Below, piece by piece: positions 1 to 12,300 of a stretch of DNA of 64,000 bases. Below the pieces are notes generated by a model that saw only the letters and a list, made by a program, of their open reading frames with translations, was not told the DNA's origin and made no database searches. Source of the DNA: Felis catus (lineage: Eukaryota). Position 1 is the stretch's first letter; every line of letters starts with the position of its first letter. The stretch is from NCBI RefSeq assembly GCF_018350175.1, contig NC_058369.1, positions 122,450,001-122,514,000 on the forward strand. The letters are read 5' to 3'. Made by a program: the position numbers and the translations under genes.

Positions 1-214
1 ATTCTCTGCTTGCCTGCTACCACCCACTTGCCCCTAGAGCAAGCAGAGCCGTGGAAGCTGCCTGCTCTTCCGGACCAGCTCTCTTCATTCTAATAAAGGT
101 CAAAACAGGGCCTTTAAAATCCCTACTCTACGTGAGAGCTACCTGGACAGCTGTAAACAACATTGATGTCGGAGCCCCGGCCCCGGAGAGACTGACTCAG
201 TTGGGCTGGGGCTA

Positions 215-431
215 TTTTTTTTTTTTAAGTTTATTTATTTATTTTGAAGGAGACAGAGACAGCACGGGCAGGGGAGGGGCAGAGAGAGAGGGAGAAGGAG
301 AGAATCCTAAGCAGGCTCCACACTGCCAGCACAGAGCCTGACGCAGGGCTCGATCCCATGAACTGTGAGATCATGACCTGAGCCAAAACCAAAACTCAGA
401 TGCTCAACTGACTGAGCCACCTAGGCGCCCC
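215..431 (-). mobile_element. CAN-SINE (SINEC_Fc2-like), inserted into a MER5-like remnant
   Basis: Poly-T/TTTA tail, GA-rich segment, reverse-complement tRNA-derived head ending ...gccacctaggcgcccc. Confidence 0.92.
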
Positions 432-1869
432 AGGCCAGGGGTAGTTTTAAATGCTCCTCAGTGGTCCTGATGGGCATCCCGGTTGAGTGTGAGCATACCT
501 TCGGACCAGGGTCGGGGATCGGGGAGCAGGAAGCAAGTGTCCGCCTGTGGGAGCCCCATCCTGAAGGAAGCTGGTGGTGCCTTTGCCGTCTCAGGGTGTC
601 GCTGACAGCAGGGAGCTCTCTGCTTTCACTTCTGAGTGCTCTTGCCCGCTGTCTTCCTCCAGGAACGTCGCTCTGTGCCCCAGGGCAGAGGCCTCCCCCA
701 AGAGGGCTGAAGCAGCAGCTAGCTCATGTTTGTGGTGGCGCCTTGCTGGGAGTATAGGAGAGGTGGCCCCTGAGGAAGGAGCGCTACGTCCACTTGGCGA
801 CACGGGCTGTATATTCACTTCCCTTCTCTGGCTCTTGTCTGGGCCCTGCTGGCCACGAGGGAGCTGAGGTGAGGAGTCGCCTTCCTCTTGGCTAAGAAAG
901 CTGAGACCCACAGAAGCACGTGGTCTAGGTGATGGCTGGCTGCTGGAGGCTGAGGCTGCTGGCCCCCCGCCAGAAGGGCTGATGCAGGGGCCGGGGCTAC
1001 CTGGCATTGCCCGGGGTGGAGGCCCACCTGCCTTCACATCTCACCAGCCTTCCAGCCTGTCTGACACTGTCGTAGGTGCGGAAGAGGCAGCTCAGATCTC
1101 AGAGGCTTTCTGCCTTACGGTGGCTTCTCTGAGCCCTCCGCTGGCCGAGAGAGGGACAGCCTGCAGCATGTGCTGAGGGGCCCGGGGCCAGGCATCCCTC
1201 TGTTCCAGCCAGGCGGGCAGGAGTGTCGGCTCCTGTTTCAGCAGACAGGGCTGTAGGCTCCCACGGATGGTGCAGGTCCCCGAGCCCTCTGGGGACCACC
1301 AGTGACAGGTCATTGCCAGAAGCAGCCCGTGATCACCAGAGGTGTGGAGGGCCCTGGGAATGGGTGCAGAAATTAAAGCCTGCGAGTCCAGCACAGCTGG
1401 TGCCCCGGGACGCCTGGGGATGATGGGATCAGCGCTTCCCCAGCCTGCCCAGTCCTTCCTGGCCCGCGAGGGAGAGCCTGCACCAGCACCTTCAGGGCCC
1501 CCGGGGCCTCTCAGAGCGTATCTTGGGGATACCCAAGGCCTTCCTCAACATCTCTGAGTGGGCCCTGAGTAGGTCGAGCAAGAGGTGGGCAAGACAGGGC
1601 TGCCTTTTGTTGCACATTCCTGTGGCTCATTTTCTTTCTCCTTTGTGGGTACTTGCTTGTCACCAGATTGCGCTTGGAGAGGCCAGCAGAGAAGGAGGAT
1701 GCGTGGGTGCGCAGAGGGCCAGGGGCACAAAGGAACCGGGGTAACGGCAGCTCTGCCCACTGTGGGGGGGTGTATGCAGTGACTAAGGACGCAGCCCCCA
1801 CGGGTCTCTGAACCAGGCACCTATGGGTTAGTGGTGGCCCTGACACAGGCATATGGAATTGTTTTATTA

Positions 1870-2200
1870 ATAATTTAATAGTAGTAAAAATAACAATGTT
1901 TAAATTACTGTGTAGTATTCCATTGCATGGCTACTGGGACCTATTAACAGTGCCTGCTTGATGAATGCTTTGTTGCTTCGTTTTTTGCTGTTGATGCTAT
2001 TTTAAGCCATGCTGCAGTGAATACTGTTGCATGTGCTTTTTTTTTTTATTTTTATTTTTGGGCAAGTGTAAATATTTCTCAACAGATACCCAGATGTGGA
2101 ATTGCAAGGTTGAAAGGAATATGCGTTTACGATTGATTTGAGAAGCAGACCAGGCTCTTCCCCTGGGAATGTGCCAGGGCTCCCATGCCCTCCGTACTCG
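1870..2200 (-). mobile_element. Old L1M 3' fragment, antisense; ends approximate
   Basis: AT-rich; tgtagtattccattgcatgg ... aaatatttctc...atacccagatgtggaattgc resembles an L1M 3' end. Confidence 0.55.
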
Positions 2201-2849
2201 ACTCCCTGTACCTTGTCTGGTGCCCACCAGCAGCCCCAGTCCTCTAGAGTCCCCCCCCCCCCCTTGGAGCATGCTTTTCAGCACTCATTTGGTTTTGTAT
2301 GTTGCGGTGGCAGAGGCTTTATCCTGGAGGTCAGGTGGGCTGAGGCAGGGTGAAAGGAGGTTCTGTTTGCTAGCGGGCCAGGCTCGGCAGCTGGAACACA
2401 GTGACCCTCTGTGGCGAGAGGTTCTTTCTCACGTAGCAGTCCGGCGCTAGGTAGACCTTCCAGGCTTGTAGGGTCCAGCACCGGGAAAGGGCGAAGGCGC
2501 AGAAGCGGAGAGCTCGTGCTGCATTATGGACAGGTGGTACAGAGGTGACACGTGGCCCTGCCAGCTGTATTCCGTAGGTGGGAGCTTCACCGCATGCCTG
2601 CACCTGAGAGCAAGAGGGACCAAGAAATGTCCCTGCTGGGTGGGCACACATGTGCCAGCTAAAACTCTGTCTCAGTGGAGGGAGATAGGGGGAGACAGTC
2701 GTCCATTGCAGAGGGGAAAGCCATCCAGACCATTCTGGTAGTCTGATGGGGGCCTGAGCCGGTGTGTTCCCACTGCATCCCCAGAGCCTAGCACTGAGTA
2801 GGAGCCCAGCAGGCGTTTGTTTGATAGAAGAATAAAGAATGCATGGACA

Positions 2850-3080
2850 GGGGCGCCTGGGTGGCGCAGTCGGTTAAGCGTCCGACTTCAACCAGGTCAC
2901 GATCTCGCGGTCCGTGAGTTCGAGCCCCGCGTCGGGCTCTGGGCTGATGGCTCAGAGCCTGGAGCCTGTTTCCGATTCTGTGTCTCCCTCTCTCTCTGCC
3001 CCTCCCCCGTTCATGCTCTGTCTCTCTCTGTCCCAAAAAAATAAATAAACGTTGAAAAAAAAAATTAAAAAAAAAAAAAA
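2850..3080 (+). mobile_element. Young feline CAN-SINE (SINEC_Fc) with perfect 16-bp TSD, inserted in an L2 tail
   Basis: GGGGCGCCTGGGTGGCGCAGTCGGTTAAGCG head, intact CpGs, A tail; TSD aaagaatgcatggaca at 2834-2849 and 3078-3093. Confidence 0.97.
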
Positions 3081-3233
3081 GAATGCATGGACAAAGGCGG
3101 GGGGTGGGTTACCCTTGGAGACTGAGAGCCTTGCTACAGGTAAGGGGGGGGTGTCAAGAAGAAGGGCTGTCCCTGCCCCTCCTCTGCCACTGGACCCACA
3201 GGACTCATGCCTTCCTTTCTCTCTAGCCTGTAG

Positions 3234-3365
3234 ACACCTTGGGGCTGCCCAGCGCTGCTCTGAGTGGGAGGCGAGCAGTGCTGGCCTGAGCCTCCTTCCG
3301 GATTGAGAAGCGTCATGGCCAGCATCTTGCAGGCCTCTCTGGCTGCCTTCCTCCTGCTGCCTGTG
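3234..3365 (+). CDS. ADCYAP1R1: Exon 2 (5'UTR from 3234 or 3227; CDS 3315-3365, signal peptide [17 protein letters not shown])
   Basis: ATG in strong Kozak context (GTCATGG); donor GTG|GTAAGA at 3366; pyrimidine tract with two AGs (3225-3226, 3232-3233). Confidence 0.95.
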
Positions 3366-6300
3366 GTAAGAGCCCAGGACCCTCCCCTCTGTGATCATTT
3401 GGAGCCCCAGGCTCATCTGAACCCTCATTCCAGAGAAGAAGCTGCGTATTTTGTATGCCCTTAGCCAAGCTCAGTTCACCTGGCTGGTGTCTCTGCCTGA
3501 ACCCCCACTGGGCCATTCAGTGCCTTTGTGTGAATTACAAAGGGTGCCCCTTCCTCAAGACCCTGTACTCATTTGGCCAGAAATTGTGACACAATTTATA
3601 AATCTATTATGTTGGTGACATGTGTGGCAACCTTTAGAGTTGTGCAGTATACAACCTGCTTCACTGTATGCAGGGGCCCTAGTCACAGCGGCAGAAAGTA
3701 TTTTGATCCCAGTCCCCAGCCCATGAGTCTCTGCTAGGTTAGAGCTCAGAAGCCTGCTCTTTGCTCATGCCTCTTCCTGAACACGGGAAGGGTCAGGGAG
3801 GAGGGTTCCTAGGCATTGGCTTCTGCCTCTCAACCTGGGAATTTAGACCAGCAGTGGATGAGCTGTTTTCGGAGCCCTGGATGCCAGTCCTGCCTCTTTC
3901 CTGCCTTACTGCGTGACCACGGAGAAGCTTGCCCCTCTCCCCGGAAGCCAAAACATCTGTGAATAGTCAAGACTAGACTGGATCCTTCAACATGCCTTGT
4001 GCCTGCCTCCGTATTTGCAGACATCCCTTTGAAGGACCATCCCTGCCCCAGAGTTTTAAGTTAAAGTGATAGTATTAGAACACAGCTGTCATGATAGTAA
4101 TGCATGGGCTTTGAAGTTACTTGGTCCTATGCTTAAATGTAGTACCTGCCGCTAGCTGGCTGTGTGACCTTGGGCAGGAACTTTTTAATATTCTGAGTCT
4201 TGGTTTCTGCTTTTGTAAAATGTGGGCAGGACTAGATGAGAGCAGCTAGTAGGTCCCGCTGAATGCAACCACTGCTCCCTTGCCTGCCACCCCTGGGAGT
4301 GCACCTCCTTTCTGAGTCCCCAGAGGAGAGAGAGGATGAGCTTTCTAAGCCCCTTCTGTGTCCCACCCCCTACTTGCTTCCCTAAGGTACACCAATAGCC
4401 TCGTGGTCTCTGGAGCCAGACTGCTCTAGGTTCAGAGCCTTGCTGTATGGTCTACTAAGCTGTGTGACTTCGAAAAAGTTACTTAATGTCTCTGTGCTTA
4501 GATTCACATCTGTCAAATGGAGAATGATGAAAATAGTACCAACTCTGTAGTGTTCTTGAGGTGTACGTGCATATGACAGAATAACGCATGTGCATAATAT
4601 AATGTTATATATGTGTTTGTTGATATTATTATAACACATGGAAACTGAGACCCAGGGTGGGGTGGAGTCCACTGAAGGCCACACATTGAATTGGTGAAGA
4701 AGAGCCTCAGGGAATCTGTGGTAAAGTGGAGTCCGGGGCCCCTGCTGGCCTGGAAATCTCTTTGGCACTATTCCTGCTTCTGCTCCCCATCCCTCACACA
4801 CTGCCCCTGGGGCTTAGGTAAAAGGGCTTGTACATGAACCTCCCGGCTCGTTCCTACCGTCCATCCCATGTGTCCCTCGCAGGTCACTGCCATGCACTCT
4901 GACTGCATCTTCAAGAAGGAGCAAGCCATGTGCCTGGAGAAGATCCAGAGGGTGAACGACCTGATGGGCTTGAATGACTCCTTCCCAGGTGAGTAGGGTG
5001 GTGAGGAAGGCTTGGCGTCCCCAGCGTATCCAGCCCAACCTTTGGAAACTGGCGTCCCAGCCTCTGGCCATTTTGTAGAGAATTATGGAAGGTTCAGGTA
5101 CCTGGGTCCTTCTGAAAGCCCTTCGGGGCGAGGAGTCCTGGATCTGCTCTGGGCAGGACCCTCAGGTTTCCCTCCTCGGGGACAGCCTGCCCTGGATGTC
5201 TCATTCTGGAGGAGGCTGTTCTGGGTGTCTGGCTGTGGCCACTTCTTTCCCATGGGGGCTGGTGTCTGAGCTGGGAAGCTGCCGTTAGAGAGCTCATTAG
5301 CAAGCAGCCCGGGCCTGGTGGCAGCAGGGACACAGCTGTTGCCAGTGGCCGAGCCAGAGAGCACCTGGGCAGCTCAGGGCAGGCAGTGTGGGGTCATTTC
5401 CCTCTTCCTCTGCTCACTCCATCAGAAGCCAGAGAACAAGGCTGCAGGAGGAACCCCTCTCCTGGCTGCAGTCCTTCTCCTGGGGCTGCCGTTAGCATTG
5501 TGGCGGGGCGGGGTGGGGGGGGGTGGGTACTGCTTTCTGGTGCTGGATGGGGCTGTGCGCTGCGGGACGCTTAGCAGCCAGAGCTCTCTCCGTTAGATGC
5601 CAGTGACAACCCAAAATCCCTTGCACCTTTTCCAAATGTCCTGAGGGCGTGGCATGACCCCTGGCTGAGAACCAGGGGTCTGTGTAACCCTCCCTTCCCG
5701 ACTCCCCATTGCAGATGGGACACCGAGGCCCATGGGGCTGAGGCACCCTCAGCTTCCTGAGTCCCAGTGGGGCCAGGAAGAGGGTCTGTGTGGGAGCTTG
5801 GGGATTTGGGGGTGGGGGCATCCCTGGAGGTCTTGCCGGCCTCACTTGCACCTCAGTTGCTGGAGGCTGGGCTCTCTGCCCAGACTAGAGGGCTCCACTT
5901 TTCCCTCTGGATCCTCCCCATTTATGAGGAGCTCTTCTGAGCACCATCTGTTTAAATACTTGATTAATCGGCAGCCCAGTTAAATGTAACGGTCCCTCTG
6001 GGCTGAGCTCCCTGTACAGTCAGTGAACATTAACTGGTAATGAAGCTGCTCCTGGCCATGCTGGCCTTTCCCTCCGGGCCGGGCTCTGGCTTAGCCCTAA
6101 CCAAGGCCGAAAGTGGATTCTAGGCCCCGCCATCCAGGGAGGCTGAAGCAGGGGGCCCAGATGGGCACAACAGTTGCAGGAAACCAAATGAATATCTGGT
6201 CCAAGCCTTTAGTCCAGGAGATGGGAGGCAGGGAGCCCTGGGGGCAGGGACTCTTTAGACCACACAGGGGTGGGAGTGGGTATCAGGCGAGGTGCCCTGC

Positions 6301-9300
6301 TTCCCAGCCCAGGGCAGGTCTCAGATACACTTGGGGTTGAACAATGAGAAGCATCCAGGAGGGAAGAGTAGAGGTGGAGGTGGGGTGGGGTGCAGGTTAA
6401 TTGTACAGCAATTTGGGGAGCCCTGGGTTAGGAAAGGACATGAAGGCCTGCCCACAGGGGTGTTCTTGAAGAAGAAGCATGAGTGAGACAGATGTAGTGA
6501 TGGACTCCCTCCCCAGGGGGAGTGGGGGGAGGGGGTCTCGCTGTCCCCCACACAGTGATGCTCAGAAGAGGGGGAAAGGAGTTCTCTGTGGGGAAGATAG
6601 GGAAGGATTTATGGAAAAGGGGGTATTTATACCAGATTCTTGGTTCTCAAACCTTGCTGCACATCAGAATCACCAGGAGCTTTTAGAAAAATGTACCCAA
6701 GCCACAATCCAAACCAATTAAATCAGAACCACAGCTCATTATAGTCATGATTTTTAAAGGCTCCTCAGGTGATTCCTGAGGTTGAAACCCGTAAGCTAGG
6801 CTTAGGGAGGAGCAGACACGTGATGGCAAGTGAAAGCCCAGGGATGGATGAGTGGCAAGAACATTCTAGGCTGAGGGGACCCCAGCAGCAAGAGGAGGGG
6901 GAGGGGAATTGGTAACTCCCTGTATCTGGAACCCTGAATTGGAGGGGTGGGCTACAGAGAGGGGGTGGCTGGGGGTGGGCTACAGAGAGGGTCTGGCTGA
7001 GAGTCCTAGGGGCCCTGTGAGTCAGGACCCACCACAGGTCACCCTCAAAACTGGACTTGGGTGAGGGACCCCAGGTCTGTGGAAGAAATTCACTCATCCA
7101 CCCACACACTCATTCATTGACTCACTCATTCATTCCTTCACTTGCTCATTCATTTGTTTATTCATTCATTCATTCATTCACTCACCCATTCTCTTATTCA
7201 GGCAGTTACTCATTTGCTCACTTATTTGCTTACTCAGTCATTCATTCACTCATTTGTTCACTCATTCATTCACTCATTCATTCACTCATTCATTCACTCA
7301 CTCATTCATTCACTCATTCACTCACTCATTCACTCCCTCGTTCACTCTCAGTCACTCTCGTTTATTTTGTTCACCCACTCATTCACTCACTCATTCTTTC
7401 AACTCACATGATAAGCTGAAACCTTATTAAGCAAAGTCAAAAGGCAGCCAACAGGTGGAAAAGAAAAGGAGGCTGAGGGCCCAGATGGACCACCATCTCT
7501 GTGGCCCTTTCTTTCTCTGTGGCTTAGAACATTCTCTATTAAAACGTGGGGGTGGGATGGATCATGTTAATAGTCAATACTTATATAGACTTACCCTGTG
7601 TTGGTCACTGTGCTAGTGCTTTTCTTCTCCCTCTGCAGCAGCCGAGGAGGTAGGGCCTATTATTACCCCTATTTTATAGATGAGAAAACTGAGGCACAAG
7701 GAGGTTTTATACTTTGCTTAGAGACAGTTCAATAAGATGCAGAAGTGAAACTTATATCCAGGCATTCTGTGCCCTCAACCACTGGGATACACTGCCTCGG
7801 AAGAAGGATAGGATACCCTGAGGCCTTAGCCCCCATCACCAGCCAAGTGACCTTGTGAAGGGCACTCAACACCTTCATTTTTCGGTCTGCAAAATGGAGG
7901 AGAAAATAATACCTATCAAATAAGATTATTGCATTTAGTGCCAATCGTGGAAAGTGCTAAGGGTGACGTGTGACATTTGCTGAGTACTCGGCAGAGATGT
8001 ATGTTATAGTTACTTAGGGTGGTCATCTTACAGTGTGGACTGCCTCTAGGGTGTCCCTCCCATCTTCTGCTAGATCTGAGTTCTGGGGAAGTGTGGAAGT
8101 CTCTGCAGGAAACAGGGCAGTGCATTTTGGAACAATCTGGAAAGGTTTTCTGGAAGACCAGAGGAGGGGCTGGGAACCAGATCCAGGCTGCAGAAGGCTG
8201 ATGGAGAAGCATGGGAAGGGGAGAGAGACCTCCAGGTGGGGGACGACCCGATAAAGGTAGGAAGGGAACAGTGAGTAGGGTGGGTGGGGACCGAAACAGC
8301 TGGCACTTAAATACCAGGGGCAGCTTCCGAATCTTCCCTCGCACATCGTTGCATGGTGTAGCTCACGTAACCTCAGCCACCCGTGGGCTGGGCAGAGTTT
8401 TCCCTCCCATTTTACAGCTGAGGCTCCGCAGACTCACAGAAGTGAGCTTGTTAGCCCGTTACCTGGTAAGTCCCGCAGCCAGGGAAGGAGGGGCCGGCGT
8501 GTGCCTTTGGTAGTTCTGGAGTCCTTGCTCTTAACCTCTACATTGTTCTGTGGCTCAGAAGAGGTGCGGAACCACACCCTCCTGCCTTGTGCAGTGAAAT
8601 ATCACTTGGCAAGAGGAAGTTGCAATGAGGCTGGAGAGAGAGGTAGGTGAGGAGGGCCTTCAACGTGCCCCCAGAGGCCTGTACTTCACTTGGCTACAAA
8701 AAGGCTAAAGGGCATTTGTGTTTCTAGGGGCCAGGATAGCATGAGGCCTCAGCTTCCAGTGACCCGCTTGGCCGGGTTGCCCAGGCCCCAGCGCCAGTGC
8801 CGTGGAAGGAGAGACCCAGGAGTGTCCAGCCCGGTTCACTGCAGGCCCGTGGTCAACAGGGGTTTTCCCCTACAAGCTGAGGTTGGAAGAAGCCCTCCTC
8901 AGGGGGCTTCAGAGCATGTGGCCTCTGGGCATCTTTCTAGTGTCGAAGTTCTGGGAGAGCACCGGTCTTGCTGTCAGCAGACAGGGGAGAGTTTGCTAGC
9001 CCCTTCACTTCCCCAGTGTGTTCCATTTGAGCCTCGGGTCCTTGCGGCATCCTTGTTGTGCAGCCGAGCCAGGCTGCTGGACCTTCCGATTCAGCCTGCT
9101 TGTGAAATACAGGCTGCAGTTCGTCTCTGTGCTGGGTGCAGTGCGTTAGAAACCCCGGGGGGCACTTAAAGATGCTGATATCCAGGCCCTTCCCCGGCCC
9201 ATGTGATCAGCGTTTGGGGGCAGGGCGGGGGAGGGAGGTTATTAAAAGTATGTGTTAAAAGCCTTCAGATGATTCTACAGGATATCCAAGTTTGAGAACC

Positions 9301-12300
9301 ATTGGTGTGGGCAGAGGATAGCATCCACGGGGTGCCCACGTCGTCTTGGATGAGGGAACAGGTCCCAGAGCACAAGCAAGCCAGGCTGGGAGCTCATTCT
9401 TAGCCAAGAGTCAGATGTAACGGAGAATTGGCAGTTGGCATGGGGTTGCCAGTCCGTGCTTGGGTGAACTGAGAGAGGCCAGCCCTCTCGCTGCACCCCT
9501 TCTTTGCCCCTCCCCTGCCCCTTCTGTCCCTAAGCGCACGATGCACTTGCAAATGGAAAAAGAAGATCTGTCGGCTTGTTCCAGTAACTGTGAGTTGTGA
9601 ACTCACAGTAATGCACTGACCTGTTCTAGAAATATATTTATATGTATTTCGTATGTTTCCCCATCATCTTGTAAATCCAGTGAAGTGAGTGCATTGGAAG
9701 GAGGACACTGGTCTGCTGGAGGTGAGGTTGTTCCATGCTACCGTGCGTGTGTGGTTGGGGCTGTGGGCAGCTCCCACGAAGGCAGCTGTTTCTGGTCAAA
9801 TCCTTGTCTGTCCCTGGGACACCCCAAAGAGGACATGGTAATGCACAGAGTGGCCTTCGGAGTAGAAGCCAAGGGACAGAGAGATGTAGGGGTGGGATTG
9901 GGGTAGCGGGGAAAGGTACCGGAGCTCAGCAGACAGCTGAAGAGGGTAGAAAATACAGGTCAGGCCACGGACCACTACGTGGTTTTGTTCACAGTGTCCT
10001 TGGTGTGTTTTAAAGATGTGTATTGAGACTGTTATTGAGGAGCTATATTTAATGGTTTTGTACCTCATCCTAAGCCCTGAAAGCTCAATGGGGCTTGAGA
10101 CAGCACTGAGTCCAGCTCTGTCACGTGACCCAGGGAGAGGTCGAGGCTGGAGGTGGCAGTCACTGGCTGAGTCACACAGAAGGCTGGAGCCAGCTCTGGG
10201 ACAGGACCCAGGTCTGCCCTTCTAGCCGGGGGGTGCCCTTTGTGCCGCAGTGCTCTTGTGCCCAGAGAGAAGGAGAAAGGACTCCTGTGCGTGGGAACGG
10301 TGTCTCCCTCCACTCTTGAGAGTCCCCGGGACCCACACAGGTCACAGGCATAGCCTGCTGGCTTGGTGGCTTTGTTCTCCTTGCTCAGCCCAAGTGGCCT
10401 GCCCGTGCAGGGTGAGTCCAGCCAGCACTTCCCCTTTGCAGGGCTGTGGGCTTCCACAGCCTGGAGGCCCTCTCTGCATTTCCGTGGGCTTTTTGGGTGT
10501 GGTCCTCCTTGGGGGTCCCCCCTACTCTGGAAAAGATGGAAGAAGCCTACGGTGGCCATGGCTGGGGCAGGAGGGAAGAGGCTTGGAGGGAAGATGAGAA
10601 AGCCTGCTTGTTGCTATTCTGATCCAGTCCCTGAGGCCTGTCCTGGGTGCAAAGTGTTGCGTCCCAGCCCCCACCTCCACTCTCACCAGAAGAGGAGAGG
10701 CCCGGAGGAAGGGGGGCCACTTCAGGGCTGGGCCTAGGCTCCTCACCCCAGGAGCAAGATCAGCTTCTCGACTGCACCTCCCTGCCGCTCTGAGACTGAA
10801 CGGGCCCCCAGCATGAGAAGTGGGGTCTACAGGGACCCTCACCCGGAGGAAATTACTGCCCCTGTCTGACAAAGGCTTCCGTTTCTGTCCAAACTGGTTT
10901 TTCTTTAGTCTTGTAGTTCTCACACTTGAGCCTGCATCAGAACTTCCTGGAAGGCTGTTAAAACACAGAATTACTGGACCCAGCCCCAGAATTTCTGACT
11001 CAGTGGGGCTGGGTGGGGCCTGAACATCTGTATTTCTGGCAAGTTCTCTATGGTGTTCCTGGTCTGGGGTCCCCACTTCGAGAACCACTGACTTCCAGAG
11101 GGGAGGGCTGCATCTTCAGTCCCCAACCCCCGATGATGCCCCTTGCACTGAGATCACAGCTGGTCCCCATTTTATGGATCAGAAATATTGGCTGTAAAGT
11201 AAATTGCAGTAAATTGAATCATTTTTTACCCTTGAATTGTGTGCTAAAATGAGGGGCTTGTTCTAACAATACCCAAGCATCCTCAAAGGGAGGACGGCGT
11301 CTTTGTCTGAGTCCCTTTGGTGCCCCTGGTCTCATGGGTTTTGAGCACTGTGGGGAACTGGACGAAATCATCACCATGACAACCTGCGATTAGCTCCTTA
11401 TTTTGTTCCAGTTGAGGCTAATGGCCCTGTGTTCTCTCTCTGTTCAGTGTGCCCAAGTGGTCTTTTCCCCTCCTGCTGTTGCAAGGCACTTCCTCTCATT
11501 GGCTGCTTTGTGCAGTGTCTTAGTGGGAGCAGCTCCTCAAGAGTGCACAGGGCTGTCCCCTGGAGCAGGAAACTTGAGGTGTCTGAATTCCTCTGATGTG
11601 GTGCCATAGAGACTTTGAGTTGGGGCGGGGGGTGGGGGCAGGCAGACTGAGCCAGGAGGGCACAGGTGGACTTTGTAGAATTGGGGAACCAGAGGAAAGG
11701 TGAAGCGGGAGGCTTGGGGGCGTCAAAGCAAAGAACTCTCGCAGGGGATAGGAGCCATTCTGAGTTTTGACCTCTTCTGCAGGGGGGAGGAGGGGAGGGA
11801 AGCAGTGTATGATGTACTTGACCGTGTCCTCCTTGGAGCCTGCTTTCCTGGCTGCTATGTCACTAACGTCTGGTTTTCCCTATGTTTCTGGCCACCCCTC
11901 CTCCGTCTTCTTTGCCAGCCCCTCCTCTGAATGCTGGCATGCCTTCTTCTGTTGAGGCCAGGCCCTATTGTCTTCCCTTTTCTTCTCTAATGCACACCGC
12001 CTCACGGGACCTGTCATCCAGGTCCGTGGCCCTACCACGCACCCCTGTGCCAACCGGTCCCTGTTCCCTGCTTCCAGTTCCGACTTCCCCTCTGCACTCT
12101 GGACTTTTATCTAACCGCCTATTTGAAATCTACCTCCACTTGGCTCTTGGCACCACCTCAAACTGAACGCGCTCCAAACGGGACTCCTGAGCTGCAGCCC
12201 AATACCCTCCACCGTTTGCTTCTCACTCGGTTCTCTCCCCTGTGGGGAATGGCAAACCTCTCTAGCCACGCAGACCCTCAAGCCAGAAATCCAGGTAGCA

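Noticed and set aside
2850-2925. tRNA-like A/B-box sequence at SINE heads
   Set aside because: tRNA-derived SINE heads followed by (CT)n and A tail with TSDs; not tRNA genes
2788-3036. Recurrent ORFs with [19 protein letters not shown] / [10 protein letters not shown] (also 30116-30430, 31869-32063, 57649-57996)
   Set aside because: Translations of CAN-SINE sequence, not genes
7057-7419. HSFIHS-repeat ORFs
   Set aside because: Artefact of translating the stop-free TCAT/TCAC array
9535-9607. Search for the 72-nt rodent testis exon 3a in intron 3; candidates 9535-9607 (73 nt) and 16152-16235 (84 nt)
   Set aside because: Wrong length and in-frame stops in phase 1. I do not remember the 3a sequence well enough to exclude it elsewhere; needs tBLASTn.
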